DNA from: Candidatus Latescibacterota bacterium
GTDB taxonomy: Bacteria > Latescibacterota > UBA2968 > UBA8231
Reading direction: 5' to 3'
Length of the DNA stretch: 64,000 bases
Assembly (NCBI GenBank): GCA_965200315.1
Contig: OZ241362.1
Location: forward strand, 1,120,001 to 1,184,000
Positions within the stretch are counted from its first letter, which is position 1; every line of letters starts with the position of its first letter. Under the pieces are notes generated by a model. The model worked only from the letters and a program-made list of their open reading frames with translations, did not search any database and had not been told where the DNA came from. A program made the position numbers and the translations under genes. Positions 19,586 to 28,329 of this stretch are shown one piece after another.

Positions 19586-19795
19586 TCATCGGTGCGCTCC
19601 ATCTGTATGGCCCTCAGCACCGCGCCCCTTCCGGGCCCGGAGGCCGGCCCATATCCAACAGGCACCCAAGGTCGCGAAGAACGCGAGCAACGGAAAGAGA
19701 GGGGCTCGGTAGCGGGCCGTCGGGAAGAAGGCGACTACCGAGAGGCAATACACGCCGACGAAGGCGGTGAAGAGAACGAGCTCCGGCCGCCGCCC
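19586..19795 (-). pseudogene. C-terminal fragment of a GT39/ArnT-like membrane glycosyltransferase
   Basis: ELVLFTAFVGVYCLSVVAFFPTARYRAPLFPLLAFFA; no start, truncated upstream. Confidence 0.45.
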
Positions 19796-19797
19796 GG

Positions 19798-19915
19798 GCT
19801 CCTATCCATGATGATCTTTATCGGCATCACTCGGATCATCGCCGAAGCCGGGCTGGCGACGCTGCTGACGCCCGTCAACGCCCCTGACTTCATCGTCATG
19901 GGTCTCGGATCAATG
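19798..19915 (+). pseudogene. Internal fragment of a membrane transporter-like gene
   Basis: LLSMMIFIGITRIIAEAGLATLLTPVNAPDFIVMGLGS, abutting the opposite-strand fragment. Confidence 0.35.
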
Positions 19916-20035
19916 GTGCCGAAGCGGGGATTCAAACTCCGACGCCCATAGGCACTGAGCGAACCAAGCCGAGCTCCATCTGGTTCCGGTCAACTGCGAG
20001 TTTGCTGGAAGGGCGTCATACACAGGAGAAAACGC

Positions 20036-20980
20036 ATGATTCAGACCTGGCACCGCGACGAAGGCCCCTGCATCTCCCTAGGTCCTGAGGGGGCCTTCGA
20101 CGACATGCACCTCTTCGCCCCCTGCGTCGCCTACGAGGATGGGGTGTACTCGATGTGGTACAGCGGCTCGCGTCACAACGTCAGCGACCGCGACCGCGTG
20201 GACAATCGCGCCTTCACCTTAGGCTTGGCTACTTCCACCGACGGCATCCGCTTTACCAAAGATCCGCGCTCGCCGGTGTGCCGCTTCACGGGCACGCGCT
20301 CGATTTTGACCCCGACCCTCCTCCGCCACCCCGACGGCTCGGCGTGCAGGGAGCAAGGCCGCCTGCGTCTGTGGTTTTCCTCCTGCAACTTCCCCTCCGG
20401 CGACCGGATGCACACCTTGCACGAAACCGCCAGCGACGACGGCATCGAGTGGGATGCGCCATCGGCTCCGCAACTCAAACACGCGTACGCACCGACTCTT
20501 ATCAAAGGAGCCGACCACTACAAACTCTGGTACACCGACGTCCGGGCTTTGCCTTGGAGCATACGTTATGCCCAAAGCACCGACGGGTGCGACTGGCAGG
20601 TCGCGGCCGACCCGGTCCTGACGCTCGACCAATCCTGGGAACACGACCGCCTCGTCTATCCCACGGTTGTCACCATCGGCGGCCAGTACTGGATGTGGTA
20701 CGGCAGCTATAGCCAGCACGGCAGCGAGGAAATGAAAACCGCTATTGGCTGCGCCTACAGCGAAGACGGCTTGCGTTGGCAAAAGGACCCCAACAACCCC
20801 GTTTTCGCTCCCGAGCCGTCGCGCACCTGGGAATCCCACTACACTACCAGCCAATCCATACTGCGCCTTGACGACGGCTCCTTCCGCATCTGGTACGCCT
20901 CGCGCCCGGCCCCTCCTTTCGTACACAAGTATTACGCCATCGGCACCGCCCACTGGAAAGCCCCATTGAGCGGGACCTAA
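20036..20980 (+). CDS. Five-bladed beta-propeller glycoside hydrolase-like protein (GH32/43/130 clan)
   Basis: Repeated blades: YSMWYSG..LGLATSTDGIRF, YKLWY..YAQSTDGCDW, YWMWY..AYSEDGLRWQK..NPV. Confidence 0.75.
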   Translation: MIQTWHRDEGPCISLGPEGAFDDMHLFAPCVAYEDGVYSMWYSGSRHNVSDRDRVDNRAFTLGLATSTDGIRFTKDPRSPVCRFTGTRSILTPTLLRHPDGSACREQGRLRLWFSSCNFPSGDRMHTLHETASDDGIEWDAPSAPQLKHAYAPTLIKGADHYKLWYTDVRALPWSIRYAQSTDGCDWQVAADPVLTLDQSWEHDRLVYPTVVTIGGQYWMWYGSYSQHGSEEMKTAIGCAYSEDGLRWQKDPNNPVFAPEPSRTWESHYTTSQSILRLDDGSFRIWYASRPAPPFVHKYYAIGTAHWKAPLSGT

Positions 20981-21078
20981 GTATTGTCCTATCTTGCCCC
21001 CACCCCTCTGCTACACGGGCTCTGGCTTGACGGCCCGTCTAAGGCGGCCACACCTCCCCCGGACGGACAGAAAATAGA

Positions 21079-21423
21079 TATAGCAAGCCGACATCATTCC
21101 TATAGCCATCCGACACGACGGGCGCGGCGGGCAGGAGCGCACCCGGTTCGGTCGAGCACCCGGCGCAACCTCCCCGGGATCGAGAGCATCCTGCCCTCGA
21201 AATACGCCACACCCCAAGCGACACGACCAACCCGAAAAGCCGACCGACGGAAGCGGTAAAAGTGCTCCTGATGGCCCCTATAGCAAGCCTACCTGACTTG
21301 CGGCGCTTGCCGCGTTGTGCTCTAATCGACTTAGCGCCGCCGGTGGCTGGTGGTCCGTACGTGCGTCCTTGGGAGGGCCGCCCGCGCACCCAGCATCTCA
21401 CGAGTGATGTAGGATTGCTATAG
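21079..21423. repeat. Cluster of four TATAGCAA-like 15-18-bp motifs forming MITE-like inverted ends
   Basis: TATAGCAAGCCGACATCA (21079), TATAGCCATCCGACACGA (21101), TATAGCAAGCCTAC (21279) and inverted TGATGTAGGATTGCTATA (21405-21422). Confidence 0.55.
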
Positions 21424-21424
21424 C

Positions 21425-22255
21425 ATGACCATGAGCCGCCTTGTTGTTCTAATCGCTTTTGTTGCGTGTGCCAATCGCGCCAACACCACGCCGGGCAATG
21501 CGACCGACTGTACCACCGAGGAAATCGCCGAACTAGCCGCCCGTGCAGCATCAAGTGCCTATCAAAACCTCAAGGAAGCCGGGGCCGTTGCCGATACCCT
21601 TGCTGATTCCATTGCCATTGCCGTCGTCGATTCGGTCGCCTATGCTGCCTACGACTCGCTCTTTGCCTCTTTGCGCCCCATCTTCGGCCCCGCGGCCGCG
21701 GCGGCTTTCGATCAATATATGGATGCCAAACAGGCTTTCTACTCAGTAGGCACTCCCATTGACGAAACCGCGTTGAGCGGCGCTTTTGCAGTCGGCAAAT
21801 ACCTTTTTAACGCCGCTGGCGTTATGCACCGTCTAACCGCACCGGAAATAGTCATCTGGGGCAACGAGTATTACCCAGCTTGGGCTCGGTTTAACGCGGC
21901 GGGAAAAGAGATAACCGAGCAAGCCGCCGCGGCCGCACACAAGGCCAACTGCGCTTTCTACAACGACGCCATTTTGTCTTTGGATGCCCCAGATGCTTCC
22001 GTTGGATACCGAGCCGCTATCTCGGCCTTCTCTGGTGCATATCTCGAAATGTGTGCCCCAATGCCGTCCTCGCAATTTTTCGGCTTCGCGTACGGACTAG
22101 CTGGCCGCCTAGATCAGGCGGCTCGCTATAACGTGTTTCGGACCGCATTGAATACAAGCTACTACACGAGCAGCATTTATTGGGGCTTGGAGGCCGTCTC
22201 AGAAACAGCCGAACAGGCTGCCCTGATTGCCCTAACCTTGGATTGTAGTCAATAA
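21425..22255 (+). CDS. Ala-rich hypothetical secreted protein or lipoprotein
   Basis: SRLVVLIAFVAC lipobox-like N-terminus; ends 32 bp from the tRNA 3' end. Confidence 0.65.
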   Translation: MTMSRLVVLIAFVACANRANTTPGNATDCTTEEIAELAARAASSAYQNLKEAGAVADTLADSIAIAVVDSVAYAAYDSLFASLRPIFGPAAAAAFDQYMDAKQAFYSVGTPIDETALSGAFAVGKYLFNAAGVMHRLTAPEIVIWGNEYYPAWARFNAAGKEITEQAAAAAHKANCAFYNDAILSLDAPDASVGYRAAISAFSGAYLEMCAPMPSSQFFGFAYGLAGRLDQAARYNVFRTALNTSYYTSSIYWGLEAVSETAEQAALIALTLDCSQ

Positions 22256-22287
22256 GACGGTGGTGGGCTAGTTTGAAAATAATTTAT

Positions 22288-22363
<76 letters not shown>

Positions 22364-22396
22364 TCACTCCCAAATTATACGCCATCAGATTACCCT

Positions 22397-24148
22397 TTAC
22401 AAATGCTGCGCCATCCGGTGCGCCAAGTCCCCGCGCGTTATGAGATCGCGGCCCGCCAGATCCGGCGACAGCCCCGCAGCGCGTAGGCACTCGGCAGGCG
22501 CGTAGGCCAAGGCATCTGGGTCGAAGCGCAAATGGTCGGCGCAGCCCGGCCATATCCCCTCCACCCCCAGCATCTGCACAGCCGCAAAGGCCGGATGCCC
22601 CAGCGGCACGTCCTCGTACCAATACAGCGGTACGCCAGCCGCCAGCAAGGTCTGCTGGTACTGGCGGCGCAAAGCTGGGCGGCTGCACACATCCGCTGGG
22701 GTCCGTTGCTGGCCCAAGCAAAAAGCAGCCAACCCACCGGCGGCCTCGCCGATGTTCCACTCCACGGGATGCAGACGGTAGCAGCCATTGGTGATGTGCG
22801 TGGTGCCGATGTTCTTGCAGGCCGCCAGCAAGTTGTCCAAGTGCTGCGACACGAGCGCACCCAACGGGATCTGGAAGGGCTTGGTGGGCGCGGTGTACAC
22901 CACGTCAGTGGCTTGGCCGTGGATATCGATGGCGTACCAGCCCACGCCAACGCTGTCGCTAAAAGGAGCGGCGCGCGCATGGGGCTGGTGTGGAGCGGCG
23001 ACCTCTTGCTCGACAATGGTCTTGCGCGCTTGGATGCGCCGGGACTCGCGGATGTAGGGATACTGGGAGAAGCCGTCAGCCGTCCCCATGATGTCGGGGC
23101 GCAGCCGCAGTTCGGGATAACCGCGACCGCCGCCGTCGCGCGGCACCTCCGTTTGTAGCCAGTACAACAAGCCCAAGCTCAGTTCCTTAGCCGCTGCTAT
23201 CTGCTGAGCTCGCTCGGCAGGTGGTACGTCGATGAGGGTGCCGCCTGTGTAGTCGTTGCCCGGCCAGTTGATCAACGCCACGTCCCCAGGCACTTGTCCC
23301 TCGGCGAATTGAGCGGCGCACAACAGGCGGCGGTAGGCCCAAAAGGAGCCGGGCAAGTCGCCAGCGGTCTCAAAGAATCGGTACGTGCGCTGGCCGCGGG
23401 CGTACTGCAAGGTCAGGGTGTAGGGCTGCTGAGCGCGGTGGTGCTCGTAGTTCGGCGGGCGCGGTATGGTGTGGTCTTGACCGGGGCAGAAATCGACCGC
23501 AAACGGGCAGGTAAAAGACTGGGTCAGCTGCCGGGCAGGGCCTTCAGCGCGGGCGTGCGGCTCGCCGGTCTGGTCGCGGCTTTCAGCACCGGAGACGTAA
23601 GGGACCGGCAACAAGGGCAGCAGGTCGCCCAGCTCCGTGGCGTCGAGCACATAGGCCGGGGCAAAGCGCAAGAGGTGCGTACCGCCGTCTTGGACGACAT
23701 CTACGGTGCGGATGGACGGGCCTTGGACGTGGGCAGCAGACGCACGGGCACGGTAAAACAGCAGCAGGCGCCCGGCCTCGACTTGGGGTACGACTAAGGA
23801 CAGCAGGGCCGTTAGGCCAGCGCGCGGCTCAAAGCACAGGGCAGAGACCCAGCCGGCTCCGGGGTTGAAGTGCGGGGCGTCTGGGTCTTTCAGTTTGTAT
23901 TTGCGGCGATAGTATGCGCGGATGCCGGCGCGGAATTCGCCGTACAGGGCCGTGCCGCCAAAGTGCTCTATGAGCGGGTGTTCGTCTAAGGCGGCGACGC
24001 CTTGGCTGGTGGCTTGGCCGCCGATCCACGGGTTCTCTTCGGTCAGGCAGACGCGATAGCCCAAGCGGGCGGCGCGCACGGCCGCGGCCACGCCGCCCAA
24101 GCCGCCGCCCAAGACCAAGATGTCGCATTCAATGGTGCGGGTTTCCAC
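22397..24148 (-). CDS. FAD-dependent oxidoreductase (FAD_oxidored family)
   Basis: DILVLGGGLGGVAAA, WIGGQATSQGV, DATELGDL, PYIRESRRI, NGCYRLHPVEWNIGEAAG. Confidence 0.85.
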   Translation of the reverse strand: METRTIECDILVLGGGLGGVAAAVRAARLGYRVCLTEENPWIGGQATSQGVAALDEHPLIEHFGGTALYGEFRAGIRAYYRRKYKLKDPDAPHFNPGAGWVSALCFEPRAGLTALLSLVVPQVEAGRLLLFYRARASAAHVQGPSIRTVDVVQDGGTHLLRFAPAYVLDATELGDLLPLLPVPYVSGAESRDQTGEPHARAEGPARQLTQSFTCPFAVDFCPGQDHTIPRPPNYEHHRAQQPYTLTLQYARGQRTYRFFETAGDLPGSFWAYRRLLCAAQFAEGQVPGDVALINWPGNDYTGGTLIDVPPAERAQQIAAAKELSLGLLYWLQTEVPRDGGGRGYPELRLRPDIMGTADGFSQYPYIRESRRIQARKTIVEQEVAAPHQPHARAAPFSDSVGVGWYAIDIHGQATDVVYTAPTKPFQIPLGALVSQHLDNLLAACKNIGTTHITNGCYRLHPVEWNIGEAAGGLAAFCLGQQRTPADVCSRPALRRQYQQTLLAAGVPLYWYEDVPLGHPAFAAVQMLGVEGIWPGCADHLRFDPDALAYAPAECLRAAGLSPDLAGRDLITRGDLAHRMAQHL

Positions 24149-24149
24149 T

Positions 24150-24995
24150 TCACACGAGTCCGGCTTGCTCCCACACGCGGCCCAGCGCGGCCGCCGTAGC
24201 CGCCACCGCTTCTTCCCGCTCCATGGCGCGCACCCGCTCGCTGAACGGCTCGACCATGACCGGCCCTTCGTAGCCAATGTGCTGCAAGGCGTTTAGAAAC
24301 GCCGCGATGTCGATCACGCCGGTCGCCCCGGGCAAATCGCGCACATTGTCGAGCTGGTCGTCAATTGCTACGCCGGCCGGGGCGTCGTTGACGTGGACCT
24401 CCACCACTTGCTGAGGACGCAAGCGGCGCACAGCCTCAGCAGTCTCGCGAGCTGTGTACCAATGCCAGCTATCGAGCAAAAAGCCCACATTCTCGCCCAC
24501 GGCTTGGCACAACTCCTCCATTTGTTCCATCGTGTGGACAAACTCGTGTTTTTTGCTCGACCACAGCGTTTTTGGCGCGACGTATTCCAAGCCCAACCAC
24601 ACGCCTTTGTCGGCGAGTATGGCGGCGGCCGGCCGCAACCGCTCGACGTGCAAGGCAAAGTTCTCTTGGTACGTCAGCTCGTCCGAGGCTGGCATGATCC
24701 ACGTCGCCGTCCGCCGCACCCCCAAGGCCGCGGCCACCTGTGCCAACTCCGGCAACTCGGCCAAGCTCGCTTGGTAGGCGGCCGCCGCCCCGCGAAAATC
24801 AACGGGAAACCCCCACGCCGACAGGCGCACGCCCTTGCGCTCGGCTAATGAGAGAGCCTCTTCCGCACCCATGGCCGCGACTTCTCCTATGCTAAAGTGA
24901 TACCCAGCGAACCCGTGCCGAGCGGACAAGTCGAGCCCGTCTGCGAGGTTTTCCACGCTTGCGCCAATAGCCCCCGGTGATAGCGAGCGAAACAT
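24150..24995 (-). CDS. Sugar phosphate isomerase/epimerase (xylose-isomerase-like TIM barrel)
   Basis: LGLEY, LLDSWHWY, VHVNDA, RDLPGATGVID, YEGPVMVEPF. Confidence 0.85.
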   Translation of the reverse strand: MFRSLSPGAIGASVENLADGLDLSARHGFAGYHFSIGEVAAMGAEEALSLAERKGVRLSAWGFPVDFRGAAAAYQASLAELPELAQVAAALGVRRTATWIMPASDELTYQENFALHVERLRPAAAILADKGVWLGLEYVAPKTLWSSKKHEFVHTMEQMEELCQAVGENVGFLLDSWHWYTARETAEAVRRLRPQQVVEVHVNDAPAGVAIDDQLDNVRDLPGATGVIDIAAFLNALQHIGYEGPVMVEPFSERVRAMEREEAVAATAAALGRVWEQAGLV

Positions 24996-25036
24996 AGCTT
25001 CTCCTTTTTGGATCGATGGTTGGCGAGCCGAAGCGG

Positions 25037-26716
25037 CTATCTGAAGGTGAAGGGCAAGTTGACCCAGACCTTGACGGGCCTGTCGTCTTTCATTGCCGGC
25101 GTAAATTCCGTCTGGCGTGCGGCGGCTTTGGCAACCTCGTGGAAGACCTTGGGGCCTGTAACCTTGCCGATCTGCTCAACCTTGCCGTCTTCGCCGACGA
25201 GCGCCGTGACAAACACTCTGCCGGTGATGTTGGCCTTCTGGGCCGTAGTCGGATACTCAGGTGCTACTTTTTTCGTGAGCACAGGTTTTTTTTCGACCTG
25301 CGATAACTCGACGATCTCCTCTTCCTCAGCCGCATCCCTAGCGATCACATGCAGCGTATGGCCAGCCTTGGCGTGGACATCCGCACCATGGCGCAGCAAC
25401 ACCTCGGCCACCCCAGCCGCATCCCTAGAGATCGCATAGTCCAGCGGCGTATCGCCAGCGTTGGCCTTGGCGTGGACAGCCGCCCCGCTGCCCAGCAACA
25501 CCTCGGCCACCCCAGCCGCATCCGCAATGGCCGCCAAGTGCAGCGGCGTCCAGCCAGCGTTGGCCTTAGCGTGAACATCAGCCCCGCTGCCCAGCAACAC
25601 CGCCGCCACCCCAGCCGCATCCGCAATGGCCGCCAAGTGCAGCGGCGTCCTACCATCGTTGGCCTTGACGTGGACATCCGCCCCGCTGCCCAGCAACACC
25701 GCCGCCACTCCGGCCGCATTCTTTTCCGCGGCCGCGTGTAGCGGCGTCCTACCATCGCTGGCCTTAGCGTGAACATCAGCCCCGCTGCCCAGCAACACCT
25801 CGGCCACCCTAGCCGCATCCGCAATGGCCGCCAAGTCCAGCGGCGTCCGGCCATTGTTGTCCGTCGCATCAACATCCGCCCCGCTGCCCAGCAACACCGC
25901 CGCCACCCCAGCCGCATTCTTTTCCGCGGCCGCGTGTAGCGGCGTCCTACCATCCCTGGCCTTGGCGTGGACGGCCGCCCCGCTGCCCAGCAACACCTCG
26001 GCCACCCCAGCCGCATCCCGGAATACTGCCAAGTCCAGCGGTGTCCGGCCATTATTATCCGTCGCACCAACAGCCGCGCCGCTACCCAACAACACCTCGG
26101 CCACCCCAACCCCAGCCTTCCACGCTGCCACATGCAGCGGCGTCCAACCAGCGGCGTCTTTGGCCCGGACATTCGCCCCGTTGCCCAGCAACACCGCCGC
26201 CACCTCAGCCGCATCCGCGATGGAAGCCAAGTGCAGCGGCGTCCAACCAGCGGCGTCCTTGGCCCGGACATTCGCCCCGTTGCCCAGCAACGCCGCCGCC
26301 ACCTCAGCCGCATCCGCGATGGAAGCCAAGTGCAGCGGCGTCCAACCAGCGGCGTCCTTGGCCCGGACATCCGCCCCTTGCTCGATCAAGGTTATCGTCA
26401 GCACGGGTAGGTTCAGTCTCGCGACAATGTGCAGGTCGGTCTCACCCTCGTTCACTTCCCCCGGATGTGGCATGCGCCCCACCGCTGCGACAAATGCCTG
26501 CTCCTGACGCTGCTTTTCTGATTCCTCCTGCTCCTGACAAATGCCTGTACTGCTACTGCCCACAACCAAAAAGACCGCACCCAAAATCGCGGCCAACCGT
26601 TTTTTTCGCTCACCCAGATAGGTGCCAACGCCGCCGTGGCCGAGGACTCGGTGGAACGCAACAGCCCAGATGCGCGTCCTCTGTGGCCGTGCCAAGCGAT
26701 GCTGTTTGTCGGTCAT
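25037..26716 (-). CDS. Ankyrin-repeat protein with C-terminal TonB domain
   Basis: 11 full G.TPL[HD].A repeats plus one partial; C-terminal PEYPTTAQKANITGRVFV..FTPAMKDDRPVKVWVNLPFTF; N-terminal hydrophobic segment; start uncertain. Confidence 0.88.
   Translation of the reverse strand: MTDKQHRLARPQRTRIWAVAFHRVLGHGGVGTYLGERKKRLAAILGAVFLVVGSSSTGICQEQEESEKQRQEQAFVAAVGRMPHPGEVNEGETDLHIVARLNLPVLTITLIEQGADVRAKDAAGWTPLHLASIADAAEVAAALLGNGANVRAKDAAGWTPLHLASIADAAEVAAVLLGNGANVRAKDAAGWTPLHVAAWKAGVGVAEVLLGSGAAVGATDNNGRTPLDLAVFRDAAGVAEVLLGSGAAVHAKARDGRTPLHAAAEKNAAGVAAVLLGSGADVDATDNNGRTPLDLAAIADAARVAEVLLGSGADVHAKASDGRTPLHAAAEKNAAGVAAVLLGSGADVHVKANDGRTPLHLAAIADAAGVAAVLLGSGADVHAKANAGWTPLHLAAIADAAGVAEVLLGSGAAVHAKANAGDTPLDYAISRDAAGVAEVLLRHGADVHAKAGHTLHVIARDAAEEEEIVELSQVEKKPVLTKKVAPEYPTTAQKANITGRVFVTALVGEDGKVEQIGKVTGPKVFHEVAKAAARQTEFTPAMKDDRPVKVWVNLPFTFR
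25345..26445. repeat. 99-bp tandem repeat array encoding the ankyrin repeats
   Basis: Recurrent GCCCAGCAACACC..GCAGCGGCGTCC at 99-bp spacing; some units nearly identical. Confidence 0.9.
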
Positions 26717-26939
26717 CGCTATGCCTCCTTAAAAGACGGGTAATTAGCCAATTATTGAGATTCCCCAAACTTGGTTTACAACTTTCTCGTATTGGGCTCA
26801 AAGATGTAAATCTACTTGATCGCCGCTGTGGCCAAAAGGTGCCGCGCACACGTGCATACTGCCGATACTGATTTCGCACGCTTCCGCGGCGTGCGGTGGA
26901 AGAATCCCCTTCTCTGACAACAAGGCTCTACGGAGGGCG

Positions 26940-27075
26940 GCCTTTGACCTCGGAACGTCTCTCAGCACTCATCGAGGGCGGCGAAACGCTGGCCGTTGAA
27001 TTCAAAAGCAAGAGGCCGCCTCGCTCATCGACCGCCCTCGCCGAAACGGTCGTCTGTCTTGCCAACCGGAGCGGC
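26940..27075 (+). pseudogene. N-terminal fragment of an AlbA_2/Schlafen-domain protein
   Basis: LSALIEGGETLAVEFKS..LAETVVCLANRSG, then similarity is lost. Confidence 0.6.
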
Positions 27076-27285
27076 TCTCGTTCCACTTCCACTATATACA
27101 GGCACTCCAAGTCGATCGCGGCCTACTCAACTACTCTCTGCCCTGCGGGATGCGCCCTCTTCAGCGGGTTCAACAGCAGTTGCTGATGGCGTCTCAATTG
27201 CCGCATCCGCATCCGTTCCCGCCGCAACACTCCTAACAAGACGACTCATAACAGCCAAGCTCCGCGTTTCAAGCGCGGCTCGCCC

Positions 27286-28062
27286 TCAGCCGCTCGCTGG
27301 CGCGTACAACAAAACGGTCGCATTGTCCTGCTGGATATGGTCAGCCGCTTCCACCGCTGCGATAAGGGCCGCGACACTATCCTCCAATGACGCATCGCGC
27401 ATCTCCTCGAGAACATCCGCGATCTCCTGCTCGCTGAGGGTCATCACGCCATCGCTCGCCACTACCACCCGGTCGCCTTGCTCCACTGCCACCGACTGTG
27501 ACGACACATCGATCAGATGGATGTCGTCGCCCATGATGGCCGAGCGCAGCGAATGCCGACTTGGGTCCCGAGCCGCTTCCTCGGCGGTCATGCGTCCAGC
27601 CGCCACAAGATCTGCAAGAACTGGTGCCATGGAATGATCGGCATTCAAACGGCTCAACTGCCCTGAGCGGAACAACCACAACGGGGAGTCGCCCACGCTG
27701 ATCCAGTTCAGCCCTTCGCTGGAAACAACAGCCGCAACCAAGGTCGAACCCATGCTGTCGAGTGCCGGATTTTCGCCAATGGCCGCGGCGATGGCTTTAT
27801 TAGCTGCTTCAAGGCAGTCCCGCAGCCGAGCGACGATGGGTCCAGAAGCCTGCGGATACGCCTCGACAAAGGTCTGGCTTAAAAGGCCGCTGGCCGTCGC
27901 ACCGCCAACATGGCCGCCCATGCCATCGGCGACCAACAACATGGTGTGCTCGCTGCCGTCTAGGCCGAGGTCGCGCCCATCCAACAGGCCGTAAGCATCC
28001 TCTTGATAGGCCCGTTTGCCGGGAATCTGCCGCGCGGCAAAGCACCTGTCTAATTCATTCAT
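27286..28062 (-). CDS. PP2C-family Ser/Thr protein phosphatase
   Basis: GKRAYQEDA, VADGMGGHVGG, MGSTL, SVGDSPL, DHS, ASDG, QDNAT. Confidence 0.92.
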   Translation of the reverse strand: MNELDRCFAARQIPGKRAYQEDAYGLLDGRDLGLDGSEHTMLLVADGMGGHVGGATASGLLSQTFVEAYPQASGPIVARLRDCLEAANKAIAAAIGENPALDSMGSTLVAAVVSSEGLNWISVGDSPLWLFRSGQLSRLNADHSMAPVLADLVAAGRMTAEEAARDPSRHSLRSAIMGDDIHLIDVSSQSVAVEQGDRVVVASDGVMTLSEQEIADVLEEMRDASLEDSVAALIAAVEAADHIQQDNATVLLYAPASG

Positions 28063-28089
28063 CTCGACTTATTGGACCTTCCCCTGATA

Positions 28090-28190
28090 ATTGGCGTAAC
28101 ATCAGCATCCTTAAACGCCGCCCAGTGCAGCGGCGTCCTGCCACCGTTGGTTTTGGCATCTACAGTCGCCCCACCACCCAGCAGGGATAG
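28090..28190 (-). pseudogene. Isolated ankyrin-repeat remnant
   Basis: LLGGGATVDAKTNGGRTPLHWAAFKDAD, same repeat style as 25037-26716. Confidence 0.6.
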
Positions 28191-28196
28191 AGTCAC

Positions 28197-28271
28197 TTAG
28201 TAGGGTTCCTCGCGCATCTTGCGGAAGGTCTGAATGCCGATGGGCAGTCGGCGTTGGCCGGCTGAGCGCAT
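28197..28271 (-). pseudogene. N-terminal fragment of an AAA-ATPase-like (often PD-(D/E)XK-fused) gene
   Basis: MRSAGQRRLPIGIQTFRKMREEPY-stop; LPIGIQ.F is the typical N-terminus; RBS GAGGGGAG. Confidence 0.6.
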
Positions 28272-28329
28272 GGTGCTCCCCTCGTTCTGATAGGTCGTTA
28301 GGCGTGGCCGCTTACCACCGCGCCCGACG

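Noticed and set aside
19561-19602. In-frame upstream ATG with an internal TGA (possible selenocysteine or readthrough) for the 18838-19560 gene
   Set aside because: It overlaps the upstream fragment's stop, no SECIS-like hairpin is evident, and ATG 19560 has its own RBS.
21079-21423. TTGCTATA motifs as sigma-54 promoters
   Set aside because: No GG at the required -24 spacing in any copy.
25345-26445. Possible CRISPR array
   Set aside because: The period is 99 bp and in frame with ANK repeats; no unique spacers and no cas genes.
25345-26507. Long alternative-frame and antisense ORFs over the ankyrin gene (e.g. 341-aa Arg/Trp/Cys repeat)
   Set aside because: Shadows of a stop-poor 99-bp coding repeat; no independent evidence of coding.
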